From Spirochaetia bacterium (GTDB lineage: Bacteria; Spirochaetota; Spirochaetia; DSM-2461), in NCBI GenBank assembly GCA_963666985.2, contig CAXXIA010000002.1:416001-480000 (forward strand): a DNA stretch of 64,000 nucleotides, given 5' to 3'. The position numbers and the translations under genes are program-made. Every line of letters starts with the position of its first letter. Positions within the stretch are counted from its first letter, which is position 1. The notes beneath the pieces were generated by a model, which saw nothing but the letters and a program-made list of their open reading frames with translations, made no database searches and was not told the DNA's origin. Shown in pieces: positions 29,637-42,199 of the stretch.

Positions 29637-30167
29637 TTATTCCAAGGGCACGACTTTTCCCAGGTAGGGTAAATTCCTGTGATTCTGGGCGTAATCGATT
29701 CCATAGCCGATGACGAAAACATCGGGAATTTTGAAGCCTATATAGTTCACGGGAACTTCGGTTTCGCGGCGGTCGGGCTTGTCCAGAAGAGTGCAGATGG
29801 TCAGGGAGGCGGGTTCCCGGAGCAGCAGCATTTCCCGGACTTTGGAGAGCGTGTGTCCCGTATCAATGATGTCCTCGACGATGATGACATTCAAACCGCG
29901 GATGTCTTCGGCAAGATCTTTGTCGATACGGACATCCCGGGAGGAGACGGTTTCATTTCCGTAGCTGGAGACCACCATGAAGTCCATTTTGGCTTCCAGG
30001 TCTATGGCCCGAGCCAAATCGGCCAGGAAAACAACCGAGCCCCTGAGAAGACCGATGAGAACGATATCTTCTTTGCCCTTATAATCTTTTGAAATTTCGG
30101 CGGCGAGTTCGGATATGCGGGCGGCGATTTTCTCGGCGGATATAAGTTCTTCGATGCTGTAGTTCAT
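29637..30167 (-). CDS. hpt: hypoxanthine phosphoribosyltransferase
   Basis: [19 protein letters not shown] and FVIGYGIDY motifs; GGAGG before ATG 30167. Confidence 0.96.
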   Translation of the reverse strand: MNYSIEELISAEKIAARISELAAEISKDYKGKEDIVLIGLLRGSVVFLADLARAIDLEAKMDFMVVSSYGNETVSSRDVRIDKDLAEDIRGLNVIIVEDIIDTGHTLSKVREMLLLREPASLTICTLLDKPDRRETEVPVNYIGFKIPDVFVIGYGIDYAQNHRNLPYLGKVVPLE

Positions 30168-30290
30168 GATAACCTCCGGGGCCATTATACGTGGTTGGAG
30201 GTTTCGGAGTCAGGAGGGGTACGCTGCGGAAAGCGGGTAACGGTACGAACCCCTCATTGAAATCAAACCGCAACTTTCTCTATGATGCTC

Positions 30291-30439
30291 CTAGCAGGCT
30301 GTTGAAAAAGGACCTTATGGCCCGTATACGGCGTTGAATCAATGCTCGAAATGCTCACGTACAGCCAGTGCGCTGCGCTTTCTGTGCCTGATTCGGCCTT
30401 GTCTTCGAACCAAATCTTACTTTTTCAACAGCCTGCTAG
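30291..30439. mobile_element. MITE-like non-autonomous element
   Basis: Perfect 20-bp IR CTAGCAGGCTGTTGAAAAAG / CTTTTTCAACAGCCTGCTAG; the outer CTAG is compatible with a target duplication; no coding capacity. Confidence 0.85.
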
Positions 30440-30520
30440 TAATGGTGTGAGGTTTTTCCGCCGCGAGGCCGGTTCGGCCTCAATCCCGCCGAAGCCGGTC
30501 CGTGCTTGTCCGACCGATAA

Positions 30521-32881
<2,361 letters not shown>

Positions 32882-32907
32882 AAACGGTCGAACAGTGGAA
32901 GTAATAT

Positions 32908-32981
32908 TCGATGGCTGAAAACCCTCCGGATTCGCTTTGGAAAGGCTTTGATTCCAAAATCGCTGATTTTTGAATCACCTC
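32908..32981 (+). repeat. dispersed intergenic repeat, copy A (inverted relative to 45835-45911)
   Basis: GGCTGAAAACCCT...AAGGCTTTGATTCCAAAATCGCTGATTTTTGAATCACCTC aligns with the reverse complement of 45835-45911. Confidence 0.7.
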
Positions 32982-33103
32982 GGTGAGTCATCCGGTTTTG
33001 GAGAAAACAAACCATACCACGTTCTTGTTAATCCGGATAAAATTCACTTTTTCTAAAAAAAGTTTCATGTTAGATTTTTTGAAGCTGGATTGGGGAATTA
33101 TTT

Positions 33104-33871
33104 ATGAATAAATGTCGCTTATCCGTTTCGACTATTGTTCTCTGCGGTTTGTTTTTGCCGGTATTTTTATTCGGGGAAGAAGGTGGAGGTCTTAAATTCG
33201 CGGCCCCTCCGCTGGGATATCCCGAATATTCCAACGAAAAAACTGAGAAACATAACCGGCTGACACTTTCTTATCTTCGCTACGATTCGGAGGATTTCAA
33301 TCTGTACGGTTCTTCCCTGAATATGCATACCCGCCTTTTCAACGGGAACCGGGGCTCTTTTTCCTTAAAATACGGGGCTTTCTTTGTAACGGGACAAGAA
33401 AGAGATTCTCTGTGGACCTGGGACGCATCCGCCGGTGCATGGGTATCGGAAGGAGATACGGATTTAACGGTAGGAGGAGTTTCTTTTCAGCCGCAGCTGG
33501 AATGGCAGGCCCTGAATTATCAAAAAACGTCCGGCTGGGGCTTTCGGCTGATTCCCTTTATCAGCCTGGATACGGAATTCCAATTTTTCAATCAGGAAAT
33601 GGAAGAAAATCCATACTACAGCTTACTCCTCGGTTCCAGTCCGGGTGTACAGGCCCTCATACGAATACCGGGGAATTTAACCTTCTCTCCGTTTTTTCAA
33701 CTGATCTATATGCATGTTTTTTCATTTGATGATGGAACGAAGCATTATAACAGTATCTTATTGAATTACGGATTCGACATTATCTGGAAGAATTATTCTC
33801 TCAGCGGTATAATCCAGCCGCTTCTGAACGGAAAGAGCAGCTTCACGATATCCATAGGAATCGGTTTTTAA
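33104..33871 (+). CDS. hypothetical exported protein, possible outer-membrane beta-barrel
   Basis: Signal peptide, aromatic-rich alternating strands, C-terminal SFTISIGIGF ending in Phe. Confidence 0.65.
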   Translation: MNKCRLSVSTIVLCGLFLPVFLFGEEGGGLKFAAPPLGYPEYSNEKTEKHNRLTLSYLRYDSEDFNLYGSSLNMHTRLFNGNRGSFSLKYGAFFVTGQERDSLWTWDASAGAWVSEGDTDLTVGGVSFQPQLEWQALNYQKTSGWGFRLIPFISLDTEFQFFNQEMEENPYYSLLLGSSPGVQALIRIPGNLTFSPFFQLIYMHVFSFDDGTKHYNSILLNYGFDIIWKNYSLSGIIQPLLNGKSSFTISIGIGF

Positions 33872-33975
33872 AGTTTAAAACCGCCGCCGATAGTTCAAAA
33901 ACTCCTTTCCGCGGATTTAAACCATCCATGAAGTAACCGTTATATCGTCAATTCAATCATCGGCCGGGCGCAGTG

Positions 33976-35996
33976 TTAACCCGAAGGGATTTCACTTGTG
34001 GTCGAAGCGCCGTCGTTCGAGGTTTCGGGTGCGATTTGAGGAAAACGGATGGTGAATTGCGCCCCGCCTCCGGGTGCTGCGGCCGCTTCGATGGTTCCGC
34101 CGAGCTTTTCGGTTACCAAGTTTTTAACGATATTCAGTCCAAGACCGATATTGCCTTTCTGCCGGCCCGTCGTAACGAAAGGTTCAAAGAGTGTTTCCGA
34201 TACATGCGGGTCTATACCGGAACCATCGTCCCGATAGACAAGGACGACTTGTCCATCTTTTTCTTGAGCTGAAATGGATATCGCACCTTCGTCTTTATTC
34301 GCAAAACCATGGTTGCATGTATTCGTAATAAGATTAACCAGCATATGGACAAACACTCCGGGATAGGAAATAAGCCGTATTCCGGAAAGTTCGAGATGTG
34401 TCTGAATCCGCTTTTTTTTCAGCATCGGATTCATGGAAATCAAAACGTCGTCAACGATTTCATTAAGCACGAAATCCCGCTTTGTCAGACTCAATTGTTC
34501 CGAAGAAACACTCTTGAAACTCGTAACCAAATCACCGGCCCTTTTCAGATTCTTTCCGGCAATACTCGCGGCATCCAGAACACTTTTCATTAAATCTCTA
34601 TAATCGGATTCCGATAATGCCACCCCATCAACCCGCTCCATGAACGCTTCGATGGTTTCCTGCGCAAAAGACACCGCCGTTACGGCAACGCCCAAAGGTG
34701 TGTTGATTTCGTGAGCCACTCCGGCGACCAGACGAGAGGTAAGAGCCTGCTTTTCCGACTCAATCAATCGCTCGGAAGTCTGCATGAGTTCCTTTGTCCG
34801 CTTGTCGACAATCTCCTCCAGAGAATCATTTAGGTTCTGGAGTTCCTCCGTCTTACTCTGAAGAGATGAAAAGAAATAATTTATCTGCCGGGAAATGGTA
34901 TTGAGCTCATCCGGCCCCTTCTCATCAACTTCGTCAAATTCGATCCGCGAACTCAAATCACCGGATCGGCCGGCGTTCAAAACGGAAAGAATTTGTTCAA
35001 TCTGTCGGCTGATCACTTTATTGGAATTGGTAATGAAATAAGAAAGCAGCAAAGCAACGGTAATAATCACCCCGATATCGACGAGAATAAACGTCAATGT
35101 CGGTCCGATCAGTTCCGAACGCTCAATGGAAGTTCCTACCACCCAATCAAAATCAGGCAGAAACTTCAAATACATGATTTTACCGCGGGTGTTTTCTCCG
35201 GCATTCCGAGGCCACCGATATCGAAGAAGACCGTCTTTCCGTTCAAATATTTGATCGACAATTTCGGTGTACTCTTCTTTGGTGATAAATTGTTCGGCAT
35301 CGTCGGGATTCTTCAGATAAGGATGAACGACGAAATTTCCTTCTTTATCCATAATCCAGGAATATCCGGTTTCACCGACGGTTCCATGCATCACGACACT
35401 GCGTATGGCGTCCATATCCACCATGGATGTAAAATCACGGCTGTACGAGGTGGCCGTTACAATCCAGTCCGATTCGGGAAGATATTCCATGTATAAAGCT
35501 TTTTTATAGGGCTGATCTTCATCGGTATTCCGCCAATAATATTCCAGATACCCATGCCGAGCGGCCATTTGTTCCTTCATGGGGAAAGATGTGCCAAATC
35601 ACGTCCGACAAGATTTTCATCGGGGTGAAAAATCATTACGCCATGCGAATCAATCGCGTAGAAATAACCGGAAATTCCAACGGGAATCGACCTTAGAATT
35701 TCGAGCCTCTCTTCAAAGGAAAAATTGTCAATATCGCTTGAGGAAGGACTCAATATATCCACACCCGTTTCCACTTTTGACTGCAAATAGGCCCGAATAT
35801 AATCCTTAAGATGCACTTCAATGGCGCTTTGAATTGTTGTGGCCGACTGCTTAATCTGATTATTCGTACTGAACCATGTTGTAAAGAAAACAATGATATT
35901 TGAAATAATCAACAACAGGACCAACGGAATTGTCGAAAGACACACAATCCGGAGAGAATGGTTCTTTAATGAGAAAGATCGTCTTTTCCTCTTCAT
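33976..35996 (-). pseudogene. double-Cache sensor histidine kinase split by a 1-base frameshift at 35581-35584 (possibly a sequencing error)
   Basis: The upstream ORF (TM + GISGYFYAIDSHG..FHPD) stops mid-Cache. Adding one C gives ...LAHLSPMKEQMAARHGYLEYYW. Downstream: second Cache, TM, HAMP, AHEINTPLG and HATPase (DDGSG, FEPFVTT, GLGL). Confidence 0.85.
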
Positions 35997-36164
35997 AGAT
36001 ATAGAAAGTATTGTTACTGAAAATTCAGACGTCAAGAATGAGCCGAATATCTTTTGATTTTCAGATCTCTTTATAACAAAAAAATGATTCGTTTACGGGC
36101 AAGAGAAGATTCGGTCACCTATACTTTAAAACCTAACCGCAGAACTCGGGAGGGTCTTTTCGTT

Positions 36165-37079
36165 ATGAATGAAAACGTCTGGAAAATCCTTATAGTCGAC
36201 GATGAACCGGAAATCCATACCGTTACGAAGCTCGTAATGAGCCATGAAACGATTCTCGGAAAAAAACTCAATTTTTTAAGCGCCATGAACGGAGATGAGG
36301 CCCGCGTGATTCTTTCGGAGAACAAAGACATCGCCATGGTTCTTTTGGATGTTGTTATGAAAACAAATAACGAGGGGCTGGGAGTGGCGAAATGGATTCG
36401 GGAAGACCTCAACAACAAACTCATTCGAATCGTATTGAGAACGGGAAATCCCGGAGATGCACCTGAGATGAAAGTCATTACCGGATATGAAATTAACGAC
36501 TACAAAGAAAAGTCGGAACTCACCTCCAATAAACTCAGAACACTCATCTACACGAGTTTAAGAAATTATCGGGATCTCACGGTTTTGGATCACAGCCGTC
36601 AAGGACTTGAACGCATTGTTTCATCGCTTTCGGATCTGTTCGCGTTTTCATCACTTAAAGACTTACTCGCCGGCGTGATGGAACAAATTTGTTCCCATCT
36701 TTTTTTGGAGAATGGAGCTGTTTACGGACTTTGTTCCGGATTAAGCGCTTTCCGTGAAGTTTTAAGCGATGATTTCCAGATTATAGCGGCAACGGGCGAC
36801 TTCAAAGATAAAGGAACGGAAATACTCAAAGAACTTCTGCCGAACGGCATCAGCGGTTGTTCCCCCGATAATCTTCAGACTCAAGAAGAAAACCTGGAAA
36901 ACGATATATACATCCGATGTATCGATGCGTCGAATCGGGGAATTGCGGTTCTGATTTTTTCAGGTGTCGATAAATTAAATCAAGATGATAAAATCCTTCT
37001 TGACTTCTTCATCAACAACGCGGCTCAGGCAATCCGCAGTATAGCGGACAAGGAAAAAACCGACGCGATCAGCGCCTAA
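36165..37079 (+). CDS. response regulator: receiver + DUF3369-like domain, no output domain
   Basis: WKILIVDDE, LLDVVM and IVLRTGNPGDAPE...YEINDYKEKSELT motifs; divergent from the Cache kinase. Confidence 0.88.
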   Translation: MNENVWKILIVDDEPEIHTVTKLVMSHETILGKKLNFLSAMNGDEARVILSENKDIAMVLLDVVMKTNNEGLGVAKWIREDLNNKLIRIVLRTGNPGDAPEMKVITGYEINDYKEKSELTSNKLRTLIYTSLRNYRDLTVLDHSRQGLERIVSSLSDLFAFSSLKDLLAGVMEQICSHLFLENGAVYGLCSGLSAFREVLSDDFQIIAATGDFKDKGTEILKELLPNGISGCSPDNLQTQEENLENDIYIRCIDASNRGIAVLIFSGVDKLNQDDKILLDFFINNAAQAIRSIADKEKTDAISA

Positions 37080-37127
37080 AACATCACCTGTTTCTCCTCT
37101 CGGCCGAAAACGGATAAAATCGGCTTT

Positions 37128-38294
37128 ATGCCGACTCGCCGCACGTTCTTCTTCGTAGTTCTCATTCCCACCCTCCTCGTCCAGACGGGGATGAATATGG
37201 TCGCCACATTCGTTCCTCTCTACGCCAGAGGTTTGGGCTCTTCCATGGCCGCGGCCGCGGTGATTGCATCAATGGTTTTTTTGGGACAGGCCATGGCCGA
37301 TCTTCCGGGCGGATTCCTTGTTTATAAGTTCGGAGAAAAACCCGTCATGATGATCGGGATGGCCCTAACGGTTATTTCCGCCGCGATCCGAATGGTCTTT
37401 AAGAACGTTGCCGTTCTTACACTTTCCATGCTTCTTTTCGGCATCGGCATTTCCTTGATTTGGATTGCCAGAATGACCTGGATGAAAAGGGAGATTCGAG
37501 GCGAAGAGAGAGGGATTTCCATGTCCTTCGTCGGCGGGGCCCTGCGCGTTGCGCTTATTCTGGGTCCGCTCGCGGGCGGATTCCTGGCTGAAAAAATCGG
37601 ATACGGATCGATGTTTCTCATCCAGGGCATTCTGGGACTCATCGCCATGCTGACGGTTCTCTTCGCAATGTCGCCGACCAAACCCACGGAGAAAGACTAT
37701 CGATTGTCTCTAGCCTCGGCGGCTTCCCGGTGGAAGGAAAGAAAACGGACCATCATTTCCGCGGCGGCCGGGATCGGAGGCCTTACGATTTTCAGGGCCG
37801 CGCGCAGCATCCTTTTTCCCCTCTGGGCCGGAGAGCTCGGCCTGGCGGAAAGCCGAGTGGGGCTGGTTATGTTCGTCGGTGCCGTCGTGGACGTTTCACT
37901 TTTCTGGCTTTCGGGAGTCATCATGACGCGTTCGGGACGGAAAACCGCGGCCATTGTCTGCACCGCGGGTTTGGCGACGGCGATAGCCCTGCTGCCTCTG
38001 GCTCATGGTTTTATGGGTCTGGCGATTCTCTCCGCGCTTGCGGGAATCGGCAACGCCATGGGCGCGGGTATCAATCTGACGGTCAGCGGAGATCTGGCAC
38101 CCAGGGAATCGCCCGAGGCCTTCTTAAGCTTTTGGCGCTTCATTATGGGACTCGCCGGTTTCGGAGGACCGGCGCTTGCCGCATGGATTATTAATCTGCT
38201 GGGTGCCGGAGCGGGGCCGCCGATGACGGCCGCGGCGGGTTTTGCCGGAGCTTTGGCCATGGCATTCTTCATGCAGGAAACACATGGTGAATGA
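37128..38294 (+). CDS. MFS transporter
   Basis: About 12 hydrophobic segments; GFLVYKFGEK motif A-like; GPLAGGFLA. Confidence 0.9.
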   Translation: MPTRRTFFFVVLIPTLLVQTGMNMVATFVPLYARGLGSSMAAAAVIASMVFLGQAMADLPGGFLVYKFGEKPVMMIGMALTVISAAIRMVFKNVAVLTLSMLLFGIGISLIWIARMTWMKREIRGEERGISMSFVGGALRVALILGPLAGGFLAEKIGYGSMFLIQGILGLIAMLTVLFAMSPTKPTEKDYRLSLASAASRWKERKRTIISAAAGIGGLTIFRAARSILFPLWAGELGLAESRVGLVMFVGAVVDVSLFWLSGVIMTRSGRKTAAIVCTAGLATAIALLPLAHGFMGLAILSALAGIGNAMGAGINLTVSGDLAPRESPEAFLSFWRFIMGLAGFGGPALAAWIINLLGAGAGPPMTAAAGFAGALAMAFFMQETHGE

Positions 38295-38443
38295 ACCATT
38301 ATCCACGAATTCAGGGATTCTTCAGAGATAAATCATAACCGGTTCACCTATTCTCCATATTAAGGAACTAGATTATGTATCAGTTATCGTGGGTGTGAGC
38401 AGCCAGCGAGAACTTTTCATAGATTCCTCCTTTTCAGTGGTTG

Positions 38444-38477
38444 ACCGGGTCGTACGTTGTGCGGCCCGGTTTTTTTT
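38444..38477 (+). terminator. intrinsic terminator
   Basis: ACCGGGUCGUAC-GUU-GUGCGGCCCGGU followed by a U tract; two G-U pairs fix the + orientation. Confidence 0.8.
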
Positions 38478-38574
38478 ACAGGCCGAATTCCGGAAAAGAA
38501 CTACGAAACACTCATGTTCCGGCCGAATACCGGCGAATACCGGACCGAAAGGCCCTCTGAAACGAAGTTAAAAT

Positions 38575-39006
38575 TTACGGAAGAAGGAAATGGAGTCCGA
38601 CGGCAACAATCGCCGCGACACAAAAACCGGCGATAACTTCGGCAAAGGAATGACCCACCGAATCAGGCAGAGTATCCGATTCTTCCATTATTTCGGAAGG
38701 AACCGTTTTTCTAAGGATTTCAATCATCGTATTCATCGTTCCCCGTACCCTTACGGCATCATAGGCCACGATAAACGCGAAAACAGCCGCAACGGCGAAT
38801 AAAGAAGAATCAAATCCCTCACGGAATCCGGCCGCGAAAGCCACCGACGCCGAAAATGCGGTATGGGTGCTGGGCATGCCCCCGGATCGGAAAATGTCGG
38901 CAAAACGGAACGTTCGCTCGGAAAAGAGCGAACATAGGATTTTCCATCCCTGACAAACAAGCAAAGAAACCAATCCGCAAATCAGCGCAACGGGCAAAAC
39001 AGTCAT
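38575..39006 (-). CDS. divergent PAP2 family (DUF212) membrane protein, second paralogue
   Basis: SGGMPSTHTA, IVAYDAVRVR and SVGHSFAEV motifs. Confidence 0.85.
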   Translation of the reverse strand: MTVLPVALICGLVSLLVCQGWKILCSLFSERTFRFADIFRSGGMPSTHTAFSASVAFAAGFREGFDSSLFAVAAVFAFIVAYDAVRVRGTMNTMIEILRKTVPSEIMEESDTLPDSVGHSFAEVIAGFCVAAIVAVGLHFLLP

Positions 39007-39064
39007 GACGTTTATGATACGCAGGTCCCGATTATCCGTCCAGAAGACTTTGAATGCCAGGTCT

Positions 39065-42000
39065 TTAAGCCGCGCCATCTCCGGCCTCGGCGTTCTCCGT
39101 TTCCGCATTCTCTTCACCGCGGCGTTTTTCCAAAGCCTTTTTCTCCTTCCGTCCCTCGGCCATCCTGTAAAGCGTCGGAATAAGAAACAATGTCACCAAA
39201 GTGGAAGTAACAAGACCGCCGGCTATGGCCTGCCCCAAGGGAGCATAGATTCTGGATCCCGATCCTTTGGCAAAAGACAGCGGAAGAACTCCGAAGAACG
39301 TGGTCAGCGTGGTCATTAAAATGGGCCTCAGCCGCGAGACGGAACCGGAGAGAACCGCCTCATCAAGCCTCATCCCCCCCTCCCGCAGCCGGTTGATGCG
39401 GTCAACCTGAACAATGGCGTTGTTCACGACGATGCCCCCGAGAGCGACGATGCCCAGAAAGGAAACCATAGAAATATCGGAACCGAAAACCGCAAGCCCC
39501 CCGATAACCCCGATGAAGGAAAACGGAACGGAAGCCATGATGATCAGCGGCTGCAGAAATCGTTCAAACTGAATGGCCATAACGGCATAGACAAGGAAGA
39601 GGGAAATAAGAAGAACCATACCCAAATCTCCAAAGGACTCGTCAAGCAGACCGCTGACGCCCTTCAGACGCCATTGAACCCCTTCCTCCAGCGGTGTTTC
39701 GGTTAATGTACGGCGAACCCGCCGGCTGATGTCGCGAACATTCTCATCTCGCGTATAACCGATTACCGTCAGAATGCGAACTCTGTCCCGGCGGCGGATA
39801 CCGGAAACACCCATCTTTTCCTGTGATTCGGAAACCGTATCGAACGAAACAATACTTCCGCTTCCCGTCCTCAAGGGAAGTTTTGCCAAGGCGCTGGAAT
39901 CGGGAGAGGCGCCTTTCAGATCGGATGTGAGGAACACTTCCCGGTCGGGACCGCCGGCGGGACGGTAATCCCCGACGGCTGTTCCTTCAAAGGCAATCCC
40001 GGCGGCCATGGCCGCTTCGGCCGCGCTCACGCCCAATTGCCCCAGAACATCCCCGTCCAATACCGCGGCAACCGAAAGCCGATCCTGCGCAATGTCCCTT
40101 CGCGTCGCCAGAATATCCGGATCGGACGCCAAAAGGTTCTCCACGCGGTCCGCCGCTTTTACAAGATCCGGCCACGATTCGGAGGAAAGCTCCACGCGGT
40201 ATCCGGCGCCGTCGGTTCCCAGGGTGAGCATCCGATCGAAGCCTCCGTTTAAAACCGACACGGAAGTTCCCGGCAGAAGCGGCGGAAGAATGCGATGAAG
40301 ATTCTCGATAATCTTTTCCGAATCCCTCCCTCCGCGAAGTTTCTTCTTTAAAAGAATCTGGCCCCATGCCGATTCCCGGCTCCCGGCGCCGCCGGAGAAA
40401 TCATCTTCCATGCCGACATAGAACACCACGTCTTCTGTTTCGGGAACGGTACTCCGAATCGCCTCTTCCGCACGCCGAGCCGCATCCGAGGTTTCCTCCG
40501 GAGTCGAACCCGGCGGCAGTTCAAGGGATACGAAGATTTCTCTGTAATCGGCCGTCGGAATAAAGGACAGACCCATTAAATCCGCCGCCAGGACACTGAC
40601 GACCAGAATAACGGCCGCGGCAACGAGAACCTCTTTACCGATTCCCATGGACAAAGACAAACTCTTCCGGTAACTCGCTTCAATCCGAGTCATGGCCTTT
40701 CCCGGTGCATGAATACCGTTGTTTCCGCTTCTGAGCAGACTTCGGCGTGCCAACGGCGGAACCAGAAACAGGGCGGAAAATAAAGAAGCCGCCAAACACA
40801 GAACCAGGGTGAGAGAGAGATCCTTCATAATGCTGCCGATGATTCCGGTTAGAAAAATCATCGGAATAAAAACACTGACCGATGTCGTCGTAGAGGCCAG
40901 CACGGCACCGGAAACCCCTCCGACGCCGGTGAGCGCGGCCATTTCCGGAAGATCTCCCGCCGCTCGGCGCCGATGGATATTCTCAAGAACAACGATGGAT
41001 GCATCGACGACCATGCCCAGCGATACGGTAATGCCCGTAAGAGTCAGAATATTCAGCGTCTGCCCGGCCAGCTTCATGCCGGCGAAAGCGATAACAAGGC
41101 TCACCGGCAGAGAGACCGCGATAACAAGGGTATAGCGCCAATTCTTAAGAAACAGCAGAATCACCGCGACCGCCATGATGATTCCGGTTATCGCCGATCG
41201 GATAACCGCCGAGAGTGAAAGCCGGACAGTCTCGCTGTCGTCATGCAGCACGATAAACGAATACCCCTCCCCGCTTTTCTCAAGATCGGCAAGCTTCTTA
41301 CGGATATTCCGGCTCATGGAAATGGCGTTGCCCGATTCCCTTTTCGTCACCTGAACCACGATAATTTCACGACTCATCGAAAGGACCTTCTCGTCCACAT
41401 CTTCGTAAACCTCATGAATCAGTGCGACATCGGAAAGCCGAACAGGATTTCTTCCTGCCGTTCCCACCACGACGTCCGCGATGCTCTCTACGGACGGAAA
41501 CTCACCGGAGACTTTGAACGCCCAGCGGCCGCCGCGCCAGTCCACAAGCCCTGCGGGAAGAGAGATATTACGCGCCCGGAGTGCCCCGTAAACATCCTTC
41601 GGAGCAACACCGACGGCACTCATGGCATCCGTATCGAGCCTGATTTCCACGATCAAACGTCTTTCACCGTAAGTCAGTGCTCCGGCGACTCCCTCAACCG
41701 TGTACATTTGAGGAATAACGACATCTTCCACATACCGTGAAATCCTGTCGGTATCCCAAGGTCCGGCGGCGGCGAACGTAAATACCGGAATATCGGCCGA
41801 TCCCCAAGTGGAAACCGTCGGAGGCGCGGCGATACCGTCGGGAAGTTCTCCGGCCGCACGGTCCACCCTCGCTCTGACTTCCTGGAGCATGGCGTCATCT
41901 TCGGTATTTTCCGAGAAGCGAAGCCGAATAACACTTACTCCTTCACGGCTTTCCGAACTGAGATCTTTCAGCCCCGAGAGGGTGGAAAAATGATCTTCCA

Positions 42001-42199
42001 GAACCGAAGTGACTTCCTCTTCCACATCTTCCGCGCCCACTCCGGGCCACAGCGTTACCACGGACGTGGTCGGCATAACCAGGGAGGGAATGAACTCACG
42101 GTTTAAAGAGACCAGGGCGAGCAGTCCGACGAGAACGGCGCCGCCGGTGATGACGGCAACGGGAACGGGATGCCGAAGAGCCCAATCACCGGGCTTCAT
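39065..42199 (-). CDS. RND efflux transporter permease (AcrB/AcrD/AcrF family)
   Basis: About 1044 aa; WPGVGAEDVEEEVT, GMVVDASIVVLENI, GIVVNNAIV and RLRPILMTTLTT motifs. Confidence 0.95.
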   Translation of the reverse strand: MKPGDWALRHPVPVAVITGGAVLVGLLALVSLNREFIPSLVMPTTSVVTLWPGVGAEDVEEEVTSVLEDHFSTLSGLKDLSSESREGVSVIRLRFSENTEDDAMLQEVRARVDRAAGELPDGIAAPPTVSTWGSADIPVFTFAAAGPWDTDRISRYVEDVVIPQMYTVEGVAGALTYGERRLIVEIRLDTDAMSAVGVAPKDVYGALRARNISLPAGLVDWRGGRWAFKVSGEFPSVESIADVVVGTAGRNPVRLSDVALIHEVYEDVDEKVLSMSREIIVVQVTKRESGNAISMSRNIRKKLADLEKSGEGYSFIVLHDDSETVRLSLSAVIRSAITGIIMAVAVILLFLKNWRYTLVIAVSLPVSLVIAFAGMKLAGQTLNILTLTGITVSLGMVVDASIVVLENIHRRRAAGDLPEMAALTGVGGVSGAVLASTTTSVSVFIPMIFLTGIIGSIMKDLSLTLVLCLAASLFSALFLVPPLARRSLLRSGNNGIHAPGKAMTRIEASYRKSLSLSMGIGKEVLVAAAVILVVSVLAADLMGLSFIPTADYREIFVSLELPPGSTPEETSDAARRAEEAIRSTVPETEDVVFYVGMEDDFSGGAGSRESAWGQILLKKKLRGGRDSEKIIENLHRILPPLLPGTSVSVLNGGFDRMLTLGTDGAGYRVELSSESWPDLVKAADRVENLLASDPDILATRRDIAQDRLSVAAVLDGDVLGQLGVSAAEAAMAAGIAFEGTAVGDYRPAGGPDREVFLTSDLKGASPDSSALAKLPLRTGSGSIVSFDTVSESQEKMGVSGIRRRDRVRILTVIGYTRDENVRDISRRVRRTLTETPLEEGVQWRLKGVSGLLDESFGDLGMVLLISLFLVYAVMAIQFERFLQPLIIMASVPFSFIGVIGGLAVFGSDISMVSFLGIVALGGIVVNNAIVQVDRINRLREGGMRLDEAVLSGSVSRLRPILMTTLTTFFGVLPLSFAKGSGSRIYAPLGQAIAGGLVTSTLVTLFLIPTLYRMAEGRKEKKALEKRRGEENAETENAEAGDGAA

